Positions 49,075 through 59,016 of a stretch of DNA of 64,000 bases are shown piece by piece. The notes beneath the pieces were generated by a model, which made no database searches, was not told where the DNA came from, and saw only the letters and a list, made by a program, of their open reading frames with translations. Numbering within the stretch: position 1 is the first letter of the stretch; the number at the start of each line of letters is the position of its first letter. The position numbers were made by a program, and so were the translations under genes. This stretch comes from Blepharisma stoltei ATCC 30299 (taxonomy: Eukaryota; Protista; Ciliophora), in NCBI GenBank assembly GCA_965603825.1, contig CBFDEM010000020.1, positions 868,001-932,000 on the forward strand. Direction: 5' to 3'.

Positions 49075-49570
49075 ACTGATGGGGATCAGGCAGAATTTAC
49101 TTTTCCTTGCAGATATAGTCATTCAGATAATGCATGTCACCAGTATATTGGAGCCCAATATGTTGAATATACTTGATTTTTCTATCGCCAACACCTAAAA
49201 AGATTTGAATTCAAATTACATAAGTATTAAGCCTCTTTTCTTATTTAAAATCAGCTTACAAATACCTTGTTGGGGCGACAAAAATGATGCAAATAATTAT
49301 GCAAATATATCTATTATGTGTGAATCTGCGAAAGCACAAAGTTTGCTAACTACACTGGAGGAGTTTATATCGAAATTACAGGAGATTCTAGAGCTAGTCA
49401 ATTGTGTCAGTTGTAGGCTGTGGAATAGACACGCCCACGAAAACTCAATACTGGATAGGAAGAAATTCTTGGGACATATTTTGGGGCGAGTATGGATTTT
49501 TCAGGATGCAAATGTTGAGAGATAACCTTGGTATTGATACTTATAGTGTCTGTATTCCTATTTTTTATAA
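49075..49570 (+). pseudogene. Second decayed 3' fragment of a cathepsin Z-like gene
   Basis: GGGGCGACAAAAATGATGCAA, FANYTGG and QYWIGRNSW..WGEYGFFRMQMLRDNLGI spread over several frames. Confidence 0.85.
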
Positions 49571-49760
49571 ATTAATTGAATTATTCAATTAATTAAAAAG
49601 GGTTTATTATATGGCTCTATCAGAAGTTAAATCTAAAACTTCATTTATAGAATAATGATTAAGGCAAATAATGTAATAAATAAAACACTTGGCAAAAAGA
49701 GTATGAGCTTGTGCAAATCATAAGAAATTAATAAGGCCAAATATCCATTTTTTAATTCAA

Positions 49761-49779
49761 CACCATTTATGGGGAAATA
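49761..49779 (+). promoter_or_regulatory. Conserved ATG-proximal element CACCATTTATGGGGAAATA (copy 3)
   Basis: See copy 1. Confidence 0.5.
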
Positions 49780-51483
49780 ATGTTTAGCTCGAAGCTAACC
49801 TTTGCAACTCTTGCTATCCTTATCGTTTTTACGGCTTCCAGATATGCTGGTCCCAGCAACCATGCTTCTCAGGAACTAAGTGCTCCTACAAGCCTATTTT
49901 GGGGTAAAAATAATGGCATCAGCTATCTTACAGTAACAAGAAACCACAACATTCCTCAATTCTGCACAAGCTCTTGGGCTGTCGCTTCAACCACAGTCCT
50001 TTCTGACCGCTTCAAGGTCCTCAGGAATTCTTCATGGCCTGACTATAACATTTCTCCTCAAGTGGCCCTAAGTTGCATTTCAGGAGTTCAAGGATGCACT
50101 ACAGAAGGTGACCCAGTTTCAGTCTACCAGTACATTTACCAAAATGGAATAACTGACGAAACCTGTGCAAGCTACCAAGCCCGCGATTTTTCTAATGGAA
50201 TTGCATGTGACAGATTAGCTGTATGCAAGAATTGTTTACCTAATGGAAAATGTGACATTCCTAACAGATACTTCATTTACAATATCACTGGGTTCGCAGT
50301 CGCCAAAGGAGTAACTCAGATGGTAAACGCTTTACAAAGCGGCCCTATTGTCTGTAGGATTGGTGTAACATCCCAATTCCAAAACTATCAGAATGGAATT
50401 CTTACACCGACTGCTGGCGCTCAAGTTCTTTTTACCTCTTACGTTTCAATTGTAGGATATGGAGCCAGTGCTACTGGGACTAATTACTGGATTGGCAGGA
50501 ATTCTTGGGGAACTGTATGGGGAGATGCAGGTTTCTTTAACTTGGTCAGTGGAAATGACGCTTTGGGAGTCGAGGATTATTGTGTTTATCCAACTCCTAA
50601 TAAAACAATTACTGTAGTTACTACTAACAATCAAGGAGAAGAAAAAAGATCTTATGTAGATATTGCTGATCTCCATAAGCTTGAAGAAGAGCCAATTCAA
50701 GGCTATCTTAGAGCCAAGCCAGTAACTGAGGAAACTCTTAGCGCTGTTCCTGCAAGCTGGGTCTGGAGCGACGTCAAAGGTAAAAACTACCTATCCTGGG
50801 TCAGAAACCAAAACATCCCACAATACTGTGAAGCTTCCTGGGCCTTTGCTGCCACATCTTCCCTTACCGACCGCTTCAACATTTTGATTTTCAACGACAC
50901 TTTTCCTCAATTCACCATTTCACCACAAGTCCTCCTAAACTGTGGAGTCGGAAACTGCACTGGTGGAGATCCAACAGCAGTTTACAATTATGCTCGCATG
51001 AATGGAATCCCAGACGACACCTGCCAACAATATGTAGGCGACTTTTCTGAAACCTGCAATAGTGCACAAGTATGCCAAGCTTGCGTATCTCCAGCACCAG
51101 CTAATGACACTGAAAATTCAGTCTGCAATCCAACTACTCCTGCACACTTATTTAAAGTCGGGAATTATGGCAATCTTGCAGGAGTCACCAAGATGAAGCA
51201 AGAAATTTACAATAATGGGCCAATCACATGCGGAATCTATGCAAGCAAAGCTTTTGCAGCCTACACTGGAGGGATTTTTAAGGAAATTTCTAGAAGCACC
51301 ACAATCAGCAACTTTGTGTCTGTTGTGGGTTGGGGAATTGAAAAATCCACGAACACTGAGTACTGGGTTGGAAGGAATTCTTGGGGAACCAGCTGGGGTG
51401 AGTATGGGTACTTCAAGATGCAGATGTATAGAGATAACCTTGGGATTGAAACTGACTGCACTTGGGCAATTCCAAGCTTTTAA
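49780..51483 (+). CDS. Double-domain cathepsin Z/X-like protein 3 (567 aa), catalytically degenerate
   Basis: RNHNIPQFCTSSW / SYVSIVGYG and RNQNIPQYCEASW / SNFVSVVGWG. Confidence 0.9.
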   Translation: MFSSKLTFATLAILIVFTASRYAGPSNHASQELSAPTSLFWGKNNGISYLTVTRNHNIPQFCTSSWAVASTTVLSDRFKVLRNSSWPDYNISPQVALSCISGVQGCTTEGDPVSVYQYIYQNGITDETCASYQARDFSNGIACDRLAVCKNCLPNGKCDIPNRYFIYNITGFAVAKGVTQMVNALQSGPIVCRIGVTSQFQNYQNGILTPTAGAQVLFTSYVSIVGYGASATGTNYWIGRNSWGTVWGDAGFFNLVSGNDALGVEDYCVYPTPNKTITVVTTNNQGEEKRSYVDIADLHKLEEEPIQGYLRAKPVTEETLSAVPASWVWSDVKGKNYLSWVRNQNIPQYCEASWAFAATSSLTDRFNILIFNDTFPQFTISPQVLLNCGVGNCTGGDPTAVYNYARMNGIPDDTCQQYVGDFSETCNSAQVCQACVSPAPANDTENSVCNPTTPAHLFKVGNYGNLAGVTKMKQEIYNNGPITCGIYASKAFAAYTGGIFKEISRSTTISNFVSVVGWGIEKSTNTEYWVGRNSWGTSWGEYGYFKMQMYRDNLGIETDCTWAIPSF

Positions 51484-51648
51484 GCAATAAGTTAATTCAT
51501 TAAACATCGCCACAATTTTTAAGTTTCAAATAAAACCGTTTTTATATATTGCAAGAAAAAATATAGCGAATCTTTGCTTCATTATATTTCCTATCGTAAT
51601 AAGCACATTTCTCTGTTATTTACTCACATTTTATACGTGGAGAATAAT

Positions 51649-53412
51649 ATGTCGAGGTTTTTGCTTCAACATTTACTGATAGTTCTTTTTATTTCTTCTG
51701 CTTCTGGCTGCTTTATTAAGAACAATGACATCGTCCCTCCGCATTCGGCCCCAGAAACCCTTGTTGAGCCTTCAAGTCTTCCTTCTTATTTATTTTGGGG
51801 AAATTACAGTGGCATCAACTACCTCACAGTTTCAAGAAACCAGCACATCCCTCAATACTGCGGTGGCTGCTGGTCCTTTGCCTCCACTTCTGCCCTTGCT
51901 GACCGCTTTAAGATTCTCCGTAATGCGACATGGCCTGATTACAATATTGCCCCACAAGTTCCAATCTCTTGTGATTATCTGAGTTTTGGCTGCAATGGGG
52001 GAGATCCTATGACTGTTTATAAGTACATATATGACCGTGGGATCACTGATGAAACCTGTGCCACTTACCAAGCCAAAGATAGAGACAATGGGCTTGAATG
52101 CACAAGGCTATCAAGATGTAAAACTTGCTACAGTAACGGAAAATGCGACATTCCTGACACCCATCTTGTTTACAACGTAACTACTTATGGCTCAGCCATT
52201 GGCGAAACCCAAATGCTAAACGCTTTACAAAATGGTCCAATTGCCTGTGCAATGGATGCTACAAATGAATTCGAAAACTACACAGGAGGGATTTTCATTC
52301 CTACAGACCACGAGGTTGTCACCAATCATGTCGTAGAGCTTGTAGGCTATGGGGTAGAAAATAATACCAAATATTGGATTGGGAGAAATTCCTGGGGCAC
52401 TTATTGGGGAGAAAAAGGACTCTTTAGGATCATTAGAGGAAAAGATGCCCTAGCTATTGAAGAATACTGCGCTTGGGCAACCCCAGATCCAGTTGTAAAA
52501 CAGGTAAATAAGACCTTGGTAGAGGAAAAGACAGTAGCGGAGCTCAAGATATTAGAAGCTTTTGAGAGACCTGAAAAAGCAGGCTGTAGAGTAGAAAAAT
52601 CAGAACTAAAACTGCAGGCAGAAGCAAATGGGTATGTGATAGAAGAAAACGCTGCTCCAGCACTCCCAGCAGCTTGGGACTGGAGAAACATGTCTGGGCT
52701 GAACTACATGTCCTGGACAAGGAACATGAATAACCCACAGTTCTGTGGGGCCTGCTGGGCACACGCAGCTACGTCTTGTATTGCAGACAGAATCAATATT
52801 CTAAGAAATGACACTGTTGCCCAGATTTCTATATCTCCACAGGTAATTCTCAATTGTAATGCAGGCGGCAACTGCACAAGTGGAGACCCAATTGGGGTTT
52901 ATAAATTCGCCCAGCAATATGGTCTTCCGGATGATACTTGCCAACAATATCTTGCAGAGCCAGTAGAAAATGCGACTTGCACAGCACGACAAGTCTGTGA
53001 AACCTGCATCCCGCCTCCTCCTAAAGAGGGACAAACTTCTAATTGTTCAGCTATAACAAATCCTCCTCTCTGGTATGTTGGGTCTTATGGGTTTTTAGCT
53101 GGAGTTACGAAAATGAAGCAAGAAATTTATACAAACGGGCCAATCAGCTGCGGAATTTACTACTCAAAATCTTTTGAAAACTACAAAGGTGGCATTTTCA
53201 GCGAGCTAACAATGACTACAAAGGTCAATTATGAAGTCGCCTTAGTAGGTTGGGGAGTCAATAAAGCAGGCACTGAATATTGGATTGGTAGAAACTCACA
53301 AGGCACAATGTGGGGCGAAAGTGGATTCTTCAGAATCCAAATGTACAGAGACAATCTCGGTATTGAAACAGACTGCAGTTGGGCAATCCCTAATATAACC
53401 AGAACTAACTAA
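51649..53412 (+). CDS. Double-domain cathepsin Z/X-like protease 4 (587 aa); domain 1 catalytically intact, domain 2 lacks His
   Basis: Domain 1: cathepsin Z signature RNQHIPQYCGGCWSF, NHVVELVGYG, RNSWG. Domain 2: RNMNNPQFCGACW, NYEVALVGWG, RNSQG. Confidence 0.92.
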   Translation: MSRFLLQHLLIVLFISSASGCFIKNNDIVPPHSAPETLVEPSSLPSYLFWGNYSGINYLTVSRNQHIPQYCGGCWSFASTSALADRFKILRNATWPDYNIAPQVPISCDYLSFGCNGGDPMTVYKYIYDRGITDETCATYQAKDRDNGLECTRLSRCKTCYSNGKCDIPDTHLVYNVTTYGSAIGETQMLNALQNGPIACAMDATNEFENYTGGIFIPTDHEVVTNHVVELVGYGVENNTKYWIGRNSWGTYWGEKGLFRIIRGKDALAIEEYCAWATPDPVVKQVNKTLVEEKTVAELKILEAFERPEKAGCRVEKSELKLQAEANGYVIEENAAPALPAAWDWRNMSGLNYMSWTRNMNNPQFCGACWAHAATSCIADRINILRNDTVAQISISPQVILNCNAGGNCTSGDPIGVYKFAQQYGLPDDTCQQYLAEPVENATCTARQVCETCIPPPPKEGQTSNCSAITNPPLWYVGSYGFLAGVTKMKQEIYTNGPISCGIYYSKSFENYKGGIFSELTMTTKVNYEVALVGWGVNKAGTEYWIGRNSQGTMWGESGFFRIQMYRDNLGIETDCSWAIPNITRTN

Positions 53413-53427
53413 TTTAGATTAATAAAT

Positions 53428-54075
53428 ATGCATAATGTCAAAGCTATACAAAAATTAAACGAAGAAGAGCTGAAGCTAAATATTTCAGGCGATGCCTCTT
53501 GGCATGCGAAATATAAAGATAGCGCTTATGTGTTTGTAGGAGGACTGAATTATGACATGAATGAAGGGGATATTATACAAGTTATGAGCCAATGTGGAGA
53601 AATAGTGGACTGCAATTTAATAAGAGATAAAGATACAGGAAAGAGTAAAGGATTTGCATTTATTGCGTATGAGGATCAGAGGAGCACAATCTTGGCTGTT
53701 GATAATTTTAATGGAATTACTCTGTGTGGAAGAATGATCAAGGTAGATCATGTAAATGATTATAGGGTAGGAAAAGAATATTTGCAAGTAGATGAAGAAA
53801 CTGAGATCAAAAATCTATATACGCCATCTGGACCTGAAGGGAAAGGCTGAGGCAAATTTAGGAGGCTAAATGAAGAAGAACTAAAAAAGCATGAAGAAAG
53901 AACAGAGAAATTAGTGTACGACGAGGACGAAAAATGAGAAAAAGAATTTATGAAAAATAATGAGAAAAAGCATAAAAAACATAGAGAAAAAGAGCACAAA
54001 AAGAAGCATCATAAGCATAGAGAAAAGGAGCACATAAGAAATGAAAAAAGTAAAAAGAAGCATTCAGAAGATTAA
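53428..54075 (+). CDS. RBMX2: RES-complex RRM protein RBMX2/Ist3/Snu17 (215 aa)
   Basis: [54 protein letters not shown]; two TGA=Trp; K/H/E-rich tail. Confidence 0.93.
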
Positions 54076-54109
54076 ATTAATTTATTTGTATACAAAAAAG
54101 GATATTATA

Positions 54110-54900
54110 AGTTTGCGCTGAACTGGTAAAATTTGTTATATTAACTGAACAACTGTTTTCTCAGTTTTTTAGCATTTAAAATTGCTCACATCTTTCTTTT
54201 AGACCGTATCCTAATGGGTTGCAATTTATTTAAGCAGACGGGGTATAAAATTCCAGTCCTTCTTCCAGACTCATCCAAGCTGTTGGACTCATTCATCAAG
54301 CATTTATAAATGCACAATGATAGACCCCAAACATATGAAAAAATCTCATAGGTCATGGTTTTGCTTGCCCTCAGCAATATTTTCTCCTTTGCTTCATCTT
54401 ACGTAAATTATTATCTAAAAAGCTTGCAAATGCGAACCCCTTTATTCCCTCCAGCGGGATCAAAAACAAAATTCCATAACTCTTGGTGATATAAATCAAA
54501 ATTTTTTATCCCAATCAAGCAATGGCAATTATTAGGGATTTTCATTCTTTTCATATTATCGCTGGCATTATATTGAATAAATCCAAGCCTATGTCTTGAA
54601 ACAGCAATCATTTCCGATAAAAGTTTCATAGAGAGAATTGCTATTTTTCCCTATAAAAGAAAGCTTTGCAAAAAATTTGATAAAAATTGACGGTATCTTC
54701 AGAGTTTAGTCGATGACTTGAATATAAATTTTATTTTAAGAGCCAGGAATTCTTGCTATATCTTGAAATTGGCCAAAGACTTGGCTTTCTTCTTATTAGA
54801 GCCCAATAATTTGCTTGGATTAAGAGGAGGCTGAAATAATTTTGCAGAAAAATATTTTTTAGACCTGGGGCAGCATTTCCAATAGCAGTTCTTCTTCGAT
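54110..54900 (-). pseudogene. Archaemetzincin (peptidase M54) pseudogene
   Basis: Fragments YW....EESQVFGQF, IYIQVI, CLIGI..FDLY..ELWNFVF and LRASKTMTYEIFSYVWGLSLCIYKCLMNESNSLDESGRR..ILYPVCLNKLQ resemble M54 motifs. HExxH is lost; multiple stops and frameshifts. Confidence 0.78.
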
Positions 54901-55054
54901 TTAAATTTTTATTATAAAAATAATAAATTTAGCAATAAAATTACATTAAAATACAAAATAATTCGATTATGCATAGAATATAATCAGAAAAGTTCATATT
55001 TAAATTTTCTTTTTCGTGATTTATTTCCTATTATTTTCATTTTTATATACAAAT

Positions 55055-56260
55055 ATGGGAAACTGTGCTTGCCTCAAAGATCAATCCTCGACCGAAAAGC
55101 AGCTTCGAATTAACAAAGATGGGACTGTAGAGATGGAAAAATCCGATCCTCAAAGCCGCTTAGCATCCCAAGAAACAGTCGCTTTAAAAGAGCTAAAAAT
55201 CTCCTTATGAGACATAGTAAAGCTGCAAAGTGTCCTTAGAGGCTATATAGATCGCAAAAAGATCCAAAGTATTAACCTAACAAAATCAGTTGAAGTGAAA
55301 TTCACCCAAGCTGCTCCTAGTAGCTATCAAGCCTACTCTGCCCCTTCAGATTCAAATATTCAGTATAAAGTTAAAACTAACTTTTTTCCTGCAAGTGAAA
55401 ATATCGTAAGATCTAGCATAAAAGAAATTCCTGAAAGCCAGATCCCTGACTACTCAACTGCGGCTACAAGACTTGCGTTTTCAAGGCTAGGGCCATTTGC
55501 AGCAAAAGAGCTTTTTAAAGATAGTGAGCCTAGAACCAAGCATGGGCCTGTTGAAATGGAAAACGGAGCTATATATATTGGAGAATGAAACAATAATTAT
55601 CAAAGACATGGCTTCGGCGTCCAGCTTTGAAATGATGGATCTCGATATGATGGATTTTGACTAAACGACAAAGCAAATTTAAAAGGAAGACTGATCCATG
55701 GAGATGGAGACGTCTATGAAGGAGAATGAAAAGATGATAAAGCCCACGGCTTTGGAGTCTATGTCTATATGGACGGAGCCAGATATGAAGGGTATTGGAA
55801 AGATGATAAACAGCATGGAGAAGGCACTGAAACTTGGCCCGACGGAGCACGATACCAAGGAGAATATGCAGGCGGGCAGAAGCAAGGAAGAGGCAGATTT
55901 GAATGGGCTGATGGGAGCATTTATGAAGGTGAGTTTAAAGATAATGACATTCATGGGGTGGGGATTTATATGTGGAGTGACGGCAGAAAATATGTAGGAG
56001 AGTGGATACATAACAAAATGGAAGGGACTGGAACTTTTACGTGGAGTGACGGAAGGTCATATAAAGGAGGATATGTTGATGATAAAAAACAAGGATATGG
56101 AGTGTTTGAGTGGCCTGATGGAAGAAAATATGAAGGTGGCTGATATAATGGAAAACAACATGGGAGTGGATTTTATTATACTTCAAATGGAAGTAAAAGA
56201 GAAGGAGAATGGAAAGACGGCAAAAGAGTGAAATGGATGACTAACGATCTAGATAAGTAA
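55055..56260 (+). CDS. MORN-repeat protein with N-terminal acylation motif and IQ motif (401 aa)
   Basis: MGNCAC start, [15 protein letters not shown], about 10 YxGxWxxxxxHGxG repeats; TGAs fall at MORN Trp positions. Confidence 0.9.
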
Positions 56261-56434
56261 TATTTTAATATATGATAATAAATTTGAAATTTTAGGAAAA
56301 TGATTTTTAATGTATTTGAGAAATCTTATCCAAGCTAAATTTCACTGATTTTATTAAGAAATAGACTACAAAATCTTATTTTCTATAGAATAAACTGTCA
56401 AAAAGCATACCATTATTATACTATTTTAAAAATT

Positions 56435-57604
56435 ATGGGAAATTGCTCTTGCCTCAAATGTCCTGGCGAAAACGAAAAATCTACTATGGAAAATTTCCAC
56501 GAAATGCAAAAACCCAGTCTCAAACAAAAACTCCTATGTGGTGACAAAAAGCCTCAAACTGAAATTCAAATCAGCATGTGGGAAATCGTCCGCCTCCAAA
56601 GTGTCCTTCGTGGCTATTTAGAGCGTAAAAAAACTCATATCATTAACAGAACAAAATCAATAAAAGCACAATTTAGCTCAGCCATACCAGACCCCTTAAC
56701 TGAAAGCTCTCCCCAAATTAAGCCAAAAAAACAATTTCTACCTTCTTCTCTGTCCACAATTACCAGATCATTTTTAAAAGAAATCCCAGAAGAAGATATT
56801 CCTGACTACTCCACAGCAGCAAGTAGAGCTACCTTAGCCAAGCTTGGGCCTTATAAAATAGATGAACCATTTCCTGAAAATGAGCCTAGAATGAAGCACA
56901 ACCCAGTCGAGCTGGAAAATGGAGCTATTTATATAGGAGAATGGAATAAAAATAATCAAAGGCACGGGTTTGGGCTGCAACTCTTTACTGACGGGTCTCA
57001 ATATGAAGGGTATTGGATAAAAGATAAAGCAAACATAAAAGGAAGATTAGTCCACGACGATGGCGATGTCTATGATGGCGAGTGAAAGGACGATAAGGCT
57101 TGTGGATATGGAATTTATGTATATATTGATGGGGCAAGATATGAAGGAGACTGAAAAAATGATAAACAAAATGGCATAGGGACTGAGTATTGGCCTGATG
57201 GAGCGAAATATCAAGGAGAGTATTTAGCTGGCCTAAAACATGGAAAAGGAAAATTCGAATGGGCAGATGGAAGTACCTATGAAGGGGACTTTAAAGACAA
57301 TGATATTCATGGGCTTGGGGTTTATACATGATGTGATGGGAGAAAATATATAGGAGAATGGGCAAAGAATAAAATGCATGGGAGAGGGACTTTTACTTGG
57401 AGTGATGGGAGATCGTATAAAGGGGAGTATGCTGAGGATAAAAAGCAAGGATTTGGAGTTTTTGAGTGGCCTGATGGAAGAAAGTTTGAAGGAAACTGAT
57501 ATAATGGCAATCAGAATGGGGTCGGCTGGTATTCAACTACAAATGGGTTGAAAAAGAAAGGTGAGTGGAAAGATGGGAAAAGAATAGCATGGATTACTGA
57601 ATAA
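56435..57604 (+). CDS. MORN-repeat protein paralog with acylation and IQ motifs (389 aa)
   Basis: MGNCSC start, [19 protein letters not shown] repeats; TGG and TGA are interchanged relative to the upstream paralog. Confidence 0.9.
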
Positions 57605-57890
57605 TTATATAATTTTGTTTATGCCTGCTTTTTGAAATATTTTTAAAATCATATTGGAGTAAACAGAAATATAATAGACTAAGGCATGCCAGAAAACTAT
57701 GAATAATAATATTAATCGATAGAATTATATATAAATAGAGATTATTTATTCAGGAGTTTTCATATTAAGAGCCAAGCTATATGGATATAGCATAAATTTG
57801 AACTTATCTAATTTACGAGTGCTATCACAATTAAACGAAATATATAAGATTTCTATTATTCCAAACAATAAAGATCAAAATATAATAAAA

Positions 57891-58940
57891 ATGAACATAA
57901 GGCAACTCCTAAATGAGCAACACGAAATTGCTAGTTTTCTCGGCCCCAACGATTTTTCTGACTTTGACTTTATACGAAAATCGAGTTTAAGAGATTTAAT
58001 TCCTACACTTCTATTTACTTATTTGGAATTTTCAGTAAGCTATTTCAATGATCAAAATCTTATCCTTAAATTTCGAGCTTTTCTTTTGAGTAAAGCAATC
58101 TGAAATAGAACTGTTCAAGAGCTTGACTATATCATTGGAAATACGGTGGCCAATAAAATAAACTTTTTAAATGAAATATATGCCGATTTTTTTGAAGATT
58201 TAAAGAAGGTGGCTGATAAATTGAGCATATCAAAAGATTTCTCTGAAAAAAATGTTTTATTTCACATAATGAAGATTATTACTGTAGATCTAGAGTTTAA
58301 TATAGTTATTTTTAACAAAAATAGAAGAAAACTATTCCATAAAAGTGCTGACAGCTATTTTTGTATTCCTATTTTTAGAAGAAAAGGGAACTTTTATGTT
58401 TTGTATCCTTCTAATCCGCAGTATCTCCAAAATCTTTATGCAAATACAATTGAAAAGAAGGATAAATTGTTTATGCACTGTGGACATCATTTTGAGCCAA
58501 ATAGGGTTTCAAGTACAAATATTAGCTGCAAAAAATGTAATGAAAGGCTATATTCAGCTGAAATAAAAATTAGTTATCCCGAGCAAAATAAAAAAGATAT
58601 TGATAATAGCCATTCTTATGAAGAAAAAAAGGTATATAGAAAAGTGGAGCCTCATAAAAATCAAAACCAAGGATTGGATGGATTTAATAAAGCTTATAAA
58701 TGCTCAGATTGCCATAAACCCGTTTGCTTGTACTGCAGCGTAAGTAATAAAAACTACAATGAAGTTCATAAAAAATCCACAAGGCCAAGCGGAAACAAAT
58801 GCAGATATTGCAAAAAAGGTTTCAATAAAGAAATGAGAGGATATATAAAAAAATTAGCAGACCATGCCAGAAATATTGGCATGCAAGATGAATTCCATCT
58901 AGATAATTATTGCATAGAAAACTTTATCTCAAAGCAATAG
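57891..58940 (+). CDS. Hypothetical protein with Cys/His clusters (possible degenerate Zn fingers), ~349 aa
   Basis: Two same-frame ORFs joined by TGA at 58101; HCGHHF..CKKC, CSDCHKPVCLYC, CRYC. Start uncertain; may be decaying. Confidence 0.45.
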
Positions 58941-59016
58941 CTTTCCATAAATGCAATTAAGCAGCACACTAACTGCATCCATTTGAATATTAAATAAGAA
59001 ATCATTTAGTCATAAT

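Noticed and set aside
57690-57890. Possible otubain-like N-terminal extension of the 57891 gene
   Set aside because: Resemblance is too weak and the region is interrupted by TAA/TAG.
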